From: an uncultured Gemmatimonadales bacterium | Lineage (GTDB): Bacteria > Gemmatimonadota > Gemmatimonadetes > Gemmatimonadales > GWC2-71-9 | Reading direction: 5' to 3' | Assembly (NCBI GenBank): GCA_963771275.1 | Contig: CAVYSW010000010.1 | Coordinates: 416,001-480,000, forward strand | Length of the DNA stretch: 64,000 nucleotides | Shown: positions 47,970 to 58,226 of the stretch, in pieces | How the letters are laid out: the number at the start of each line of letters is the position of its first letter | Numbering within the stretch: position 1 is the stretch's first letter | Position numbers and translations under genes: made by a program | The notes under the pieces: model-generated | Seen by the model: the letters and a program-made list of their open reading frames with translations, nothing else | Database searches by the model: none | What the model was told of the DNA's origin: nothing

Positions 47970-49294
47970 CGCCGACCCCGCTTCTTCCGGAGCTTCAGGC
48001 GCAATGGCACGCCCTCGAAGCCCCAGGCCGCGCGGAAGCCGTTGAGCAGATAGCGCTGGTAGGCCTCGGCAATGGCGTCGGGGGCGTTGGCGAAGACCGC
48101 GAACGTCGGGGGCTCGACGCTGACCTGCGTGCCATAGAGGATCTTCACCTCCTGCCCCGCCCGCTGCGGCGGCTGTTGTCGCTGCTGCAGTGCTTCGAGC
48201 ACCCGGTTCACTTCCCCCGTGGTGACGCGGCGGCGGCGGGCGGCCGCCACGTCCGCGATCGCGTCCAGGATGCGGCGCACCCGTTGGCCGGACAATGCGG
48301 ACACGTACAGGAACGGCACGTCACCCATGAACGGCACCCGGTCCGCCACCGTTTGCCTGCCGCGCTCCGCCGTGTTGGCGTCCTTCTCCGGGACGAGGTC
48401 CCACTTGTTGACGGCGACGATCAGGCCCGCGCCCCGATTCCAAACTTCGGCCGCGACTTTGAGATCCTGCCCGTGAACCCCATCGGCGGCGTCGACGACC
48501 AGCACACACACATCGGCGTGCTCGACGGCACGCTCCGTTCGCAACGTGGAGTAGAACTCGACTTCATCTATTACTTTCGTTCGTTTTCGTAACCCCGCTG
48601 TATCAATGAAGTTGAGCGTCATGCCATGATACCGCAAGGGGGAGTCGACCGCGTCCCTGGTCGTGCCAGCCTCCGCCGCGACCACGCTCCGTTCCTCACC
48701 AAGCAACCGGTTGACCAGGCTGGACTTGCCCACGTTCGGACGTCCCACCACCGCCACCTGGATCACGGTGGAATCGGCATCCGGGGTCACCGGAGGGGGG
48801 AGCCGGTCCGCGAGCTCGTCCAGGAAGTCGCCCGTTCCCTTCCCCGTGGCTGCCGACACCGGGTGTGGCTCACCCAGTCCCAGCTCGTGAAACGCGAGAT
48901 GGGAGACGCGATCGGTGGCCGGGTCGTCGACCTTGTTGGCGGCAACGACGACGCGGTCGCGGTGTGGCCGGAGGAGAGCGGCGATCTCGAGGTCGGCGGG
49001 GTGCACCCCGTCCCGCGCATCTACCACGAAGACGATCACGTCCGCCTCCGCGACCGCGATGCCGACCTGGTGCCGTACAGCGGCGGCGAGCGGGTCCGCG
49101 TCCCCTGGCAGCCAGCCTCCCGTGTCGACCAGCCAGAAATCCCGGCCGGCCCATGCGGCGGGTGCGAAATGCCGGTCCCGGGTGATCCCGGGCCGATTGT
49201 GCACGATCGCGCGCTTGCCGCCGGCGATCCGGTTGAACAGCGTGGATTTCCCGACGTTGGGTCGGCCCACGATGGCGACGGTGGAGCGTCTCAT
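47966..49294 (-). CDS. der: Ribosome biogenesis GTPase Der/EngA
   Basis: Two GRPNVGKS G-domains with DTGG/DTAG; C-terminal KH-like domain. Confidence 0.97.
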   Translation of the reverse strand: MRRSTVAIVGRPNVGKSTLFNRIAGGKRAIVHNRPGITRDRHFAPAAWAGRDFWLVDTGGWLPGDADPLAAAVRHQVGIAVAEADVIVFVVDARDGVHPADLEIAALLRPHRDRVVVAANKVDDPATDRVSHLAFHELGLGEPHPVSAATGKGTGDFLDELADRLPPPVTPDADSTVIQVAVVGRPNVGKSSLVNRLLGEERSVVAAEAGTTRDAVDSPLRYHGMTLNFIDTAGLRKRTKVIDEVEFYSTLRTERAVEHADVCVLVVDAADGVHGQDLKVAAEVWNRGAGLIVAVNKWDLVPEKDANTAERGRQTVADRVPFMGDVPFLYVSALSGQRVRRILDAIADVAAARRRRVTTGEVNRVLEALQQRQQPPQRAGQEVKILYGTQVSVEPPTFAVFANAPDAIAEAYQRYLLNGFRAAWGFEGVPLRLKLRKKRGRR

Positions 49295-50562
49295 GGTGCG
49301 GCCAGGAGCGCGTCGCCGAAGTCGTGGGAGAACCGGACCTCGGCGGTGGTCGAGCGGATGAGCGTCTCCGCGGGGTAGTCGTCGATCAGCAGGCCGTCGT
49401 CGTTAACGGCTTCGGCGGGGAGCAGCGCGAGATCGAGATCGCGGTGCTGGCCGAGCGCGCGCGCGAAAGTCCGCCCGGGCAGGAGCCCCGCCGTGGTGAC
49501 GGAGGGGCCGAACAGGTCGTTCTCTAGGGCGACCACGACGAACCGTCCACCGGTTCGGCGCGCCAGATCGGCGGTCACGTGCGGCATCAAGCGACTCATG
49601 GCGGTGCCGGTGAAGATGCCGATGTGCCGGTCCGTGAGGTCCGGCAGGCGCTGGCCGTACTCGGCGAGGCGGCGCTGGAGGTACCGCACGCTGCCCACGC
49701 CGTTCTCCACCTGCTCGAAACCGCCGTACCACTCTTCCGGAGGAAGATCGATCTCCGCGACGAGATAGAGGTCGTCCGATCCGTGAACCCAGCGGTGGCC
49801 CCGCTCGGCGATGGCGCGCTCCGCGTATGGCTGGACGATGGCGGCCGCCGCCCGGCACTCGTCACGCGACGGTTCCCGGACCAGATCGTGCTTGCTGAAG
49901 GTCGTGAGCCCCACGGGCACGACCGAAACGGAGAGCACAGCATCGCCCAGCGCCCAGAGATCCTCGAGGCTCTGTCTCAGGACCGGCCCGTCGTTGATTC
50001 CCGGCTGGAGGACGATCTGCGTGTGCACCCGGATTCCGCCTGCCGCGAACATGCGGAGCTGCGGGATGATCTCGGGAGCGCGCGGGTTCCGCAGGTAGCG
50101 TCGTCGCACGACGGAGTCCGACGCATGGACGGAGACGTACAACGGCGACAACCGGTACTCGAGAATCCGCCGGACGTCCTTGGCCTTCAGGTTGGTGAGG
50201 GTTGCGAAGTTGCCGTAGCGGAACGAGAGACGGTAGTCGTCATCGCGGATGTACAGCGTGTCGCGCAGGCCGGGAGGCAGCCCATCGACGAAGCAGAAAT
50301 CGCAGCGATTGGCGCAACGGCGCACGTGTGGCGGCTCGAGCTCGAGTCCCATCGGCAGGCCGTCGGGGCGCTCGATGTCATACTCCACAGTCTCGCCACT
50401 CGGCAGGCGGGCCAGCAGCACGAATCGGTCTTCGGCACTGAGGAACTCCCAATCGAGGAAGTCCTCGAGCGTCCGGCCGCCGATTGCCAACAGCTCCGCC
50501 CCGGGCTGGAGGCCCAGCTCCGCCGCGAGGCTATCGGGTGCAACCGATTTCACGCGAACCAT
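49291..50562 (-). CDS. PDZ + radical-SAM-like DUF512 protein
   Basis: N-terminal PDZ-like segment; CxxxCxxC (CANRCDFC); DDDYRLSF and QVENGVG. Confidence 0.88.
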   Translation of the reverse strand: MVRVKSVAPDSLAAELGLQPGAELLAIGGRTLEDFLDWEFLSAEDRFVLLARLPSGETVEYDIERPDGLPMGLELEPPHVRRCANRCDFCFVDGLPPGLRDTLYIRDDDYRLSFRYGNFATLTNLKAKDVRRILEYRLSPLYVSVHASDSVVRRRYLRNPRAPEIIPQLRMFAAGGIRVHTQIVLQPGINDGPVLRQSLEDLWALGDAVLSVSVVPVGLTTFSKHDLVREPSRDECRAAAAIVQPYAERAIAERGHRWVHGSDDLYLVAEIDLPPEEWYGGFEQVENGVGSVRYLQRRLAEYGQRLPDLTDRHIGIFTGTAMSRLMPHVTADLARRTGGRFVVVALENDLFGPSVTTAGLLPGRTFARALGQHRDLDLALLPAEAVNDDGLLIDDYPAETLIRSTTAEVRFSHDFGDALLAAP

Positions 50563-50600
50563 GACGACGAGCGGTGGTCGAGGATGTCGGGGAGCAAAAG

Positions 50601-50624
50601 GAGGGAGGGGTCTGCCCCTCCCTC
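50601..50624 (-). terminator. Intrinsic terminator
   Basis: Perfect 10-bp stem GAGGGAGGGG/CCCCTCCCTC followed by CTTTT on the minus strand. Confidence 0.65.
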
Positions 50625-50676
50625 TCTCATGTGCGCGGCGAAAGGTACAGCCGACGCGGAGCCGCCGCCACGGGAC

Positions 50677-52308
50677 TCACTCGCGTCGATACCGCCAGGC
50701 CACCGCGCCGCCCTGCTCGACACGCACCTGGATGGCCTCGCGGCCGCCCGGCGCGAGGGCCGGGACGGCGGCGGCCTGACGGAACAGGACCGTTCCCGCC
50801 GGGTCGAGGAACTCGAACATCAGCGCCATCGCCGCCAGCGGACGGCCCACCACGTTGCGCACCGTCCCGCTCACGCTGGTGGCGCGCGCGCCGGGGGTGA
50901 ACTGGCTGATCGTGACGTTCCAGGCGAGTCCGGTGTCGGCGAGTGCGAGATAGCGGGCGGTGGAATCGGCTTGGCCGGCGAGATCCCAAGCGAGCGCCAT
51001 CGCCCGGGCGCTCGCGGGGTTCAGCGGCTCGAGCGCGAGCAGCCGGCGCGCGACGTCCGCCAGGGGCGTCGCGCGGCCGAGGGCGTGGTACGCGTGCACC
51101 AGCACCGTGAGCGCGCGCTGGTCGTTGACGTTCCGGATGAGCGCCGCCTCGAGCAGCCCCGCCGCCGGGCCCGGCAGTCCGTCGCCGAGCAGGCCGAGGG
51201 CGGCCTGCACCAGCGTGGGCGCGTCCGCCGCGGGTGCGGCCGACACCCGCTGCACCAAAGAGTCGAGCGCAGCGCGATTGCCGGTCGCCGCCTGCAGGCG
51301 GAGCATCTGCATGGCGGCATTGACGTCGCCGGGGTAGTGCTCGAGCAACCGGCGATAGTACCGCAACGCGGGCTCCAGCGCCGTCGTGGCGGCCGTGCTC
51401 TCCGCCGCGGCCGCGACCGTCAGCGAGTCGGCGGCGCGCCGCTCCGCCGCGAGCCGCTCCGACAGCGCCGTGGAGTCGCGCTGGAAATTCTGGAGTGATT
51501 GGGGCGTCAAGCGCCCGCCGCCGGCGCGCAGGCCGCCGACCTCGGCGATGATCCGCGCCAGCAAAGCGGAGTCCCGGGCAATCGGTCCGGGCATGGAATC
51601 GCGGGCCACCCGGGTCCGCGCTGCCGACGCGACGGCGGGCTCATGCTGGTACGCCCGCGTCTCATACGCCCGCGCGACCTCGAGTTCGGCCTGCTTGAGC
51701 CGCTGCGCGTGCGTCGTGTCGGTCACGGCCTGCGTACCCTCGTCCAGCCAGCGCGCGGCGGCATCGGGCTCCCCCAGCGAGGCGAACATCAGCGCCTCGT
51801 AGAGCGGCACACCCGCGTCGCCCGGGGCGAGGCTCCGCGCCAAGGCAAAGGCGGCGATGGCGGAATCGCGCTGGCTCGCGCCCCAGAGCCGTAACGCCTC
51901 GCTCAACGCGATCGCTGCCAGCGGGGCTTCGTAGATGGCGATGTCGGAGGCGCAGTCGGGGGCAAGGGCCAACGCGCGGCGAAACGCCGAATCCGCGCCG
52001 GAGGGGTCAGGCCCTTCCACGTAGTAGCGGCCGAGGTAGTACCACGCCGCAGGGTTGTCCGCCTGACCACCCGTCGTCATCGCTTGGAGCAGGATCTTCC
52101 GCGCCTCGGCCAGGCGGCTGAGGCGTTGGTCAGGAAATCGCGCCTCGACGGCCTGCTTGAGCTGCATCACGGCGCCGTTGATCAGGTAATGCCCGGTGGA
52201 GAGCTTGCACGGCGGGCGATGACCGACCCACGTGCCCTGAGCCCACGCGGGTCCGGCGAGAGCACCCGCCGCGGCAAGCGCGATCACGAGCCGCGCGACG
52301 CGAACCAT
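50677..52308 (-). CDS. Secreted TPR protein with C-terminal FxLYD-like domain
   Basis: Signal peptide AWA-Q; TPR repeats; C-terminal GTVRN...FEFLDPAG. Confidence 0.75.
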   Translation of the reverse strand: MVRVARLVIALAAAGALAGPAWAQGTWVGHRPPCKLSTGHYLINGAVMQLKQAVEARFPDQRLSRLAEARKILLQAMTTGGQADNPAAWYYLGRYYVEGPDPSGADSAFRRALALAPDCASDIAIYEAPLAAIALSEALRLWGASQRDSAIAAFALARSLAPGDAGVPLYEALMFASLGEPDAAARWLDEGTQAVTDTTHAQRLKQAELEVARAYETRAYQHEPAVASAARTRVARDSMPGPIARDSALLARIIAEVGGLRAGGGRLTPQSLQNFQRDSTALSERLAAERRAADSLTVAAAAESTAATTALEPALRYYRRLLEHYPGDVNAAMQMLRLQAATGNRAALDSLVQRVSAAPAADAPTLVQAALGLLGDGLPGPAAGLLEAALIRNVNDQRALTVLVHAYHALGRATPLADVARRLLALEPLNPASARAMALAWDLAGQADSTARYLALADTGLAWNVTISQFTPGARATSVSGTVRNVVGRPLAAMALMFEFLDPAGTVLFRQAAAVPALAPGGREAIQVRVEQGGAVAWRYRRE

Positions 52309-52414
52309 AGGGCCTCCCACGGATGGGACGAAGGATGGTGGGCAGAAGGTACGTCTGCGGTCTCCGGAGCGGAACACCACGGGTCGGCGCCGCGCGCATG
52401 GGGATGTGAAACGG

Positions 52415-52444
52415 CGAACCCCGGAGCGGGGGCTCCGGGGTTCG
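52415..52444 (-). terminator. Terminator hairpin after tRNA-Gly
   Basis: Perfect 13-bp stem CGAACCCCGGAGC/GCTCCGGGGTTCG just 3' of the tRNA. Confidence 0.7.
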
Positions 52445-52449
52445 TAAAG

Positions 52450-52522
<73 letters not shown>

Positions 52523-52533
52523 GAATGGAGCGG

Positions 52534-52563
52534 AGTATGCCGGCGCTCCGCCCCGCCTGTCAA
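52534..52563 (-). promoter_or_regulatory. Sigma70 promoter of tRNA-Gly
   Basis: TTGACA-N18-CATACT on the minus strand just upstream of the tRNA. Confidence 0.6.
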
Positions 52564-52571
52564 GCAATCAG

Positions 52572-54005
52572 CTACGTGCCGACGCGGTACCGCCAGGCGG
52601 CAAGGCCGACCCCCTCCGGCGCCAGGGTGAATGGCACGACGCCCTCGCCCTCGATCGTCTGCGGGTCGATCGTCAGGGTCCGTACCACGTCCCCCTTCTC
52701 GTTGAGAAACTCGAACGTGATCGCCGGCACATTCACCGGCTGGGACTTGGTGTTGGTGATCACGCCCTTCACTTCCCAGGACGTGCCTCTCACCGGGAGG
52801 AACGTGCTCACGGTGAGGTCGATCGGCATCTCTTGCGCGCGCTGGAGGACCGCGAGGGTCGAATCCGACAGGTCGCGCAGCTGATACGATGCCGCGAGCA
52901 GTCGCAGCGACGCCGCGTTCGCCGGATCGACCGCGATGAGGCGCTCTACCACGGGCGTCATCCGCTCACCGTACTCGCGCTCGGTCTTCGGCAGCTCGGC
53001 CTTCGTGACGGTGGACTCGGCCGCCTGGGCCATCGACAGGTACGTATTCGCGAGATTGAACAACGCGTCGCGGTAATAGGGATTGCGCTCCAGGCCCTTT
53101 TCGAACGCTTCGGCGGCCCGGTGCAGCCGATGCGCGCGGAACATCGCCACGCCCGTCTGAAACACCTCGAGCGTGGGCATCGAGTCGGCCCGCATCAGCA
53201 CCGTGTCGTACAGGGCCACCGCCTCGTCCTGACGGCCGGCCTGGTCCAGCACGCTCGCCAGCTCGGCGGCGGCCTTCGCGTCGTTCGGGTTGACTTGACG
53301 GTACCGCCGGTACCAGTAGGCGGCGGAGTCAAGGCTCTTGTCCATGTGGAACAGCGTCGCGATGTTGAAGGACGCGGTTTCGCGGATGTCCGCGTAGTTC
53401 GCGTTGTTGGCGTTGGCACTGTCCATCGCGCTCTTCAGGGCGATCTCGAGGTAGTAGATCGCGCTATCGCGCTGGGACTGGTTGGCGAACACCTGGCCGA
53501 GATAGTAGTACGCCGGCGGCTCGGTCGCGAAGATGCGGTTTGCCTGCCGGAGCAGCGGCTTGGCCCCCTCGGGGTCGTTGGCCTTCATCCGCTCGACCGC
53601 GGCGTTCAGGATCGGCACCCACAACCGTCGCCGATGGAGGTTGATGTCGGCCGCGCACTGCGGCGCGAGTGCCTGGGCGCGCGTGAACGCCGAATCGGCG
53701 CCGTCGACGTCCTTCAGCTCCTCGTAATAGCGCCCGAGGTAGTACCACACCGCGGGATCCTCGGCGCGGCCCTTGTTGAGCGCCTCGAGCAGCACACGGT
53801 TGGCATCCCTCAGGTGTCGCTGGCGGTCGTCCTGGAACACCCCCCGCCGTGTCGCGTTCTGCAGGTAGAGGACCGCACTGTTGACGAGGTAGTGGCCCTT
53901 TTTCAGTTCGCAGGTCGCGGGGACGAATCCCCCTTGGGCCCGTGCGCGCGGTGCCACCGCGCCGCTCGCCGCCGCCACCGTGATCCCGACGATCCACCAC
54001 TTCAT
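52572..54005 (-). CDS. Secreted TPR protein with C-terminal FxLYD-like domain (paralog of 50677-52308)
   Basis: Signal peptide ARA-Q; TPRs; ITFEFLNEKGDVV; shared WYYLGRYY and AWRYR. Confidence 0.75.
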   Translation of the reverse strand: MKWWIVGITVAAASGAVAPRARAQGGFVPATCELKKGHYLVNSAVLYLQNATRRGVFQDDRQRHLRDANRVLLEALNKGRAEDPAVWYYLGRYYEELKDVDGADSAFTRAQALAPQCAADINLHRRRLWVPILNAAVERMKANDPEGAKPLLRQANRIFATEPPAYYYLGQVFANQSQRDSAIYYLEIALKSAMDSANANNANYADIRETASFNIATLFHMDKSLDSAAYWYRRYRQVNPNDAKAAAELASVLDQAGRQDEAVALYDTVLMRADSMPTLEVFQTGVAMFRAHRLHRAAEAFEKGLERNPYYRDALFNLANTYLSMAQAAESTVTKAELPKTEREYGERMTPVVERLIAVDPANAASLRLLAASYQLRDLSDSTLAVLQRAQEMPIDLTVSTFLPVRGTSWEVKGVITNTKSQPVNVPAITFEFLNEKGDVVRTLTIDPQTIEGEGVVPFTLAPEGVGLAAWRYRVGT

Positions 54006-55219
54006 GCTCGCTCCTGGGTGAGCAGTTTGTTTTCCAGTTGGGCCGCCGCCCGTCGCTCCGCGTCGCGCGCCACCTGCCACGCGGGCAGTCGCAGCCGGTC
54101 CGCGGCCGCCACCACGTCATCGTACTCCGCCTTCAGCCGGGTTCCCCCGGGGGCATCCCACAGCTTGATCCGTACCCGCCCGCCGCCGGTTAGCTCCACC
54201 GCCATCTCCCGCCGGCTCAACGTCTCCCGCAGCATCGTCGTGCGACGGATGCCGCCGGTCGTGCTGTGCCGAAACAGGGTGTCGATGACCCGGGCCGCGT
54301 GGTCCGGCGGCGCGAGCACCTCGACGCGCACCCCGCTACGGCCCTTCTTGCCCTGCACCGGCCACACCACACACTCCACGGCACCGGCCTGGAACGCCGC
54401 CTGCCGGAGCGGCTCAATGTACTCCGGACTCATGTCGTCGATGTCGGCCGCGATGACCTCGACGATTCCCGCCTCGACAGCCGCGTCCGCGAGCAGCAAG
54501 CGGAGCGCGTTGGGATACCCCGCCGGATCCCGTCGCCCGGCGCCCCAGCCGCTCCCCACCAGGCGCCACCGCCCGGGGGGCGCTCCGCGCGACAGCACCC
54601 GCAGCAGCGCGGCGCCCGTGGGCGTGGTCGCTTCACCTTCGATCGGGCCGCCGCTCGTCACGTCCTGCCCCTCGAGCAGCAGCGCCGTCGCCGGCGCCGG
54701 CACGGGCAGCGCGCCATGCGCCGCGTTCACCCACCCGGTCCCCACAGCCACGGGGAGATGGTAGACGGCGTCGATGCCGAGCTGTTCGAACCCCTCGATG
54801 CCGCCAATCAGATCCAGCACGGCGTCCACCGCGCCGACTTCGTGCAGGTGGACCCGGTCGGGCGTCGTCCCGTGCACCCGGGCCTCCGCCTCCCCGAGCA
54901 GCGCGAACGCGCGGACCGCGCGCTCGCGAACCCACTGCGACACCGGCGCGCGCTCGACCAAAGCGATCAGGTCGGGCACGTGCCGTCCGTGCTCGGTGCC
55001 GTCGGCCGCTCCGGCTGGGGCATCCGGGATGTCGAAGTCCACCTTCACGGCCTCGACGCCGGCCCGCGCCACGCGGCGAATGCCGACTCGGACATTCGGG
55101 AATCCGAGGCGGGTGGGCAACCCGGTGATCCAGCTGGCCGGGGCGCCCGCATCGAGCAGCGCACCGAGCAACATGTCACCGCTGATGCCGGCGGCGGGGT
55201 CCAGGATGGCAAAGCGCAT
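54002..55219 (-). CDS. larC: Nickel-pincer cofactor nickel insertase LarC
   Basis: GISGDMLLGAL, HLHEVGAVDA, HG.LPVPAPAT, TPTGAA, KKGR and EYDD motifs. Confidence 0.9.
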   Translation of the reverse strand: MRFAILDPAAGISGDMLLGALLDAGAPASWITGLPTRLGFPNVRVGIRRVARAGVEAVKVDFDIPDAPAGAADGTEHGRHVPDLIALVERAPVSQWVRERAVRAFALLGEAEARVHGTTPDRVHLHEVGAVDAVLDLIGGIEGFEQLGIDAVYHLPVAVGTGWVNAAHGALPVPAPATALLLEGQDVTSGGPIEGEATTPTGAALLRVLSRGAPPGRWRLVGSGWGAGRRDPAGYPNALRLLLADAAVEAGIVEVIAADIDDMSPEYIEPLRQAAFQAGAVECVVWPVQGKKGRSGVRVEVLAPPDHAARVIDTLFRHSTTGGIRRTTMLRETLSRREMAVELTGGGRVRIKLWDAPGGTRLKAEYDDVVAAADRLRLPAWQVARDAERRAAAQLENKLLTQERA

Positions 55220-55251
55220 GTCGCAACTCAACGATAAAATATCACCAACGG

Positions 55252-56403
55252 CTACCGGTAAAGCCACCCGGCGCCGGTGTTGAACACGACGACGCGGTGC
55301 TCCGGCTGCACGATGCCCCGCTCCACCAGCTTGGCGAGCGCGGCGACGGCGGCCCCGCCTTCCGGGCTCATGTCGAGCCCCTCCGTGCCTGCGACGCGCT
55401 GTTCGGCGGCCGACAAGTCCTCGTCGGGAATCGCCACCGCCGCTCCGCCGGTCTCACGCAAGCCGCGCAGGACCAGCGCCCCACCCAACGGCGCGGGGAC
55501 GCGCAGCCCGCTCGCCACCGTCACCGGGTTCTCCCAGGCGGTGGTGGCGGCCGCGCCGGCTTCAAAGGCCTGGACCACGGGAGCGCACCCCGTGGACTGA
55601 ACGCTGAACAGCCGGGTCTGCGCGGTCGCCGGCAGCCAGCCCGCCTCCCGCAACTCCACGAACGCCTTCCACATGCCGATCAGCCCGGTCCCCCCGCCCG
55701 TCGGGTAGATGATCGCGTCCGGCAGCGTCCAGCCCAGCTGCTCGGCGATCTCCAGGCCGAGGGTCTTCTTGCCTTCGATGCGATAGGGCTCGCGCAGGGT
55801 GGAAACGTCGAAGGCGCCGCTCGTCGCGGCCCATGCGCGCGAGGCGCGGCCGCAATCGCCGATGTGCCCGTCCTCGACGTGGAGGTCGCCGCCGTAGACG
55901 CCCACCGACTCCAGCAGGCGCGCCGGCGTCGCGCGCGGTGCATACACGCGGACCTCGCAGCCGGCGCGCGTCCCGTAGGCGCTGAGGGCGACCCCCGCGT
56001 TGCCGGCCGTGGGCACGGTGAAGCGCCGGGCGCCGCCGGCGATCGCGCGCGTCACCGCCGCCGACATGCCCCGCGCCTTGAAGGAGCCGGTCGGGTTCTG
56101 CGCTTCGTCCTTGATCCACACAGTGGAGACGCCGAGGGCGCGCTCGATCGAGGGGACACGAACGAGCGGGGTCATGCCTTCGCCGAGCGACACCGGCGTC
56201 TCGTCCCCCACGAGCGGCAGCCACTCGCGATAGCGCCACATCGTCGCCGGGCGGTCCAACAGGGTCTTCCGCAGCGCGGGATCCGGCCGGCGGTGATAGC
56301 GGACGAGCCACGGGGCGCCGCAGGCGGGGCACACGGTGGGGAGGCCGTCAGCCGCGCCCTGTGTGGTGCAGCCGGAGCATTCGAGATACCAGTCGTAAGT
56401 CAT
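55252..56403 (-). CDS. thrC: Threonine synthase (PLP-dependent)
   Basis: LGEGMTP, NPTGSFKARG, EPYRIEGKKT and PTGGGTG motifs. Confidence 0.88.
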   Translation of the reverse strand: MTYDWYLECSGCTTQGAADGLPTVCPACGAPWLVRYHRRPDPALRKTLLDRPATMWRYREWLPLVGDETPVSLGEGMTPLVRVPSIERALGVSTVWIKDEAQNPTGSFKARGMSAAVTRAIAGGARRFTVPTAGNAGVALSAYGTRAGCEVRVYAPRATPARLLESVGVYGGDLHVEDGHIGDCGRASRAWAATSGAFDVSTLREPYRIEGKKTLGLEIAEQLGWTLPDAIIYPTGGGTGLIGMWKAFVELREAGWLPATAQTRLFSVQSTGCAPVVQAFEAGAAATTAWENPVTVASGLRVPAPLGGALVLRGLRETGGAAVAIPDEDLSAAEQRVAGTEGLDMSPEGGAAVAALAKLVERGIVQPEHRVVVFNTGAGWLYR

Positions 56404-58226
56404 GGTCGGAGATGATCCAGGATGCGCATGGCCAGACGGGTCGAGAACCCGGGAACGGCGGCGATCTCCGCCGCGCTCGCCAGGCGCACGCCCGCGAGGC
56501 TGCCGAAGCGCTCGAGCAGAGCGCGTCGGCGAGCCGGACCGATGCCGGGAATGTTGAGCAGCTCGGAGGTCATGGTGCGTGCCGAGCGGCGCTTGCGGTT
56601 ATACGTCACGGCAAAGCGGTGCGCCTCGTCGCGCGCGCGCTGCAACAGGCGGAGCGACGGGCTGCGCCGCGAGAGGCGCAGCGCGGCCGGGCGCCCCGGA
56701 AGAAACACCTCTTCCTCGCGCTTGGCGAGGCTGGCAAGCTGCACGGCGACCGGCCCGATGTCCTTGATCGCCGTCTGGGCGGCCGCCAGCTGCCCCTTGC
56801 CACCGTCGATCACCATGAGGCTGGGAAGCGGCTTCGCTTCGGCGAGGCGGCGGGAAACGTATCGCGTGACGATTTCGCCGATCGCGGCGTAGTCGTCGGG
56901 ACCCGCGACGTCCGGCGCCTCGCTCGCCCGGATCTTGAACCGCCGGTACTCGCTCTTCTTGGGCCGGCCGGCCTCGAACCAGACGAGGCTGCCCACGGTG
57001 TCGCGCCCCTGACTGGTGGACGCGTCGATGCAGACGATGCTGCGGGGCACGGCCGTGAGCCCGAGATCGCGGCCCAGGGCGTACACCGGATCCTCGGCGC
57101 GCTCGTCGGTTTCCAGGGCCTCGATGCGGAAGCTCTCGAGGGCGTGCCGCGCGTTCTGGTCCGCGAGGTCCACGACGCGCCGCAACGCCCCGCGCTGGGG
57201 GGTGAACCACTCGGCGTCCGGAACGAGCTCGGCGAGGCCCGCGGCATCCTCCGGCGCGAACGGCAGGATCGCGCGGCGCGCGCGGTTCTCCGCCAGGCGG
57301 TACCATTGCACCAGCGCCATGCTGAGGATCCGCTGGTCCGGCTCCTCGGCGAGGTTGTGGAGAAACCGCGTCTCGCGCGCCACGACCTTCCCGCCGCGGA
57401 CGCGGAGCAGGACGACCGCCGCGTCATCGCCGTCGCGCGCGAACCCGAGTCCGTCCGCGTCGCCTCCGCCGACCTGCTCGACGGCCGGCGGCTGCTCGAG
57501 CTGCTCGAGCCAGCGGATCGCGTTGCGCAGCTCCGCCGCGCGCTCGAAGTCGAGGGCCGTCGCCGCGGCGTCCATCCGTTGGCGCAGCCGGCCACGCACC
57601 TCGACCGTGCGCCCCTCGAGCAACGCCACGACATCGTCGATCATCGCGCGGTAGGCGACCGGCGATTGCCGGCCCACGCAGGGGGCCTGACAGCGCCCGA
57701 TGTGGTAGTCGAGGCAGGCACGATCGGGCGCGTCGCCGGGGAGGTCGTAGTGGCAGGAGCGCACCGTGAATATCCGGCGGATGATGCGCAGGGTGCGCCG
57801 CAGCGTTCCCACGTCGGTGTAGGGCCCGAAGTAGCGTGCCCCCGGCAGCGCCACCCGTCGCACGACGAGCACCCGCGGGAACGGCTCACCGAGCGTGACC
57901 GCGATCGACGGGTAGCTCTTGTCGTCGCGGAGCTGGATGTTGAACCGCGGCGCGTGCTCCTTGATGAGGTTGTTCTCCAGCAGCAGCGCCTGCGACTCCG
58001 AGGGGACCACGATCGTGTCCAGGGCGGTCGCGACCCGCAGCAGCATGCGGGTCTTGGGGCTCGCGTCGTGGTCGGCCGACAGGTAGCTCCGCACCCGCTG
58101 GCGGAGCCGCTTGGCCTTCCCGACGTACACGACCCTGCCCTGGCGGTCCTTCCAGAGGTACACGCCGGGCTGGTCGGGCAGCGTGTCGAGCTGGCGCTGC
58201 AGGTCGGACGGCGGCCCGGCGATCAT
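56400..58226 (-). CDS. uvrC: Excinuclease ABC subunit C
   Basis: GIY-YIG domain (PGVY...YVGKAK.LR.RV), DDKSYP, IDGGKGQL, RDEAHRFA and HhH. Confidence 0.96.
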   Translation of the reverse strand: MIAGPPSDLQRQLDTLPDQPGVYLWKDRQGRVVYVGKAKRLRQRVRSYLSADHDASPKTRMLLRVATALDTIVVPSESQALLLENNLIKEHAPRFNIQLRDDKSYPSIAVTLGEPFPRVLVVRRVALPGARYFGPYTDVGTLRRTLRIIRRIFTVRSCHYDLPGDAPDRACLDYHIGRCQAPCVGRQSPVAYRAMIDDVVALLEGRTVEVRGRLRQRMDAAATALDFERAAELRNAIRWLEQLEQPPAVEQVGGGDADGLGFARDGDDAAVVLLRVRGGKVVARETRFLHNLAEEPDQRILSMALVQWYRLAENRARRAILPFAPEDAAGLAELVPDAEWFTPQRGALRRVVDLADQNARHALESFRIEALETDERAEDPVYALGRDLGLTAVPRSIVCIDASTSQGRDTVGSLVWFEAGRPKKSEYRRFKIRASEAPDVAGPDDYAAIGEIVTRYVSRRLAEAKPLPSLMVIDGGKGQLAAAQTAIKDIGPVAVQLASLAKREEEVFLPGRPAALRLSRRSPSLRLLQRARDEAHRFAVTYNRKRRSARTMTSELLNIPGIGPARRRALLERFGSLAGVRLASAAEIAAVPGFSTRLAMRILDHLRP

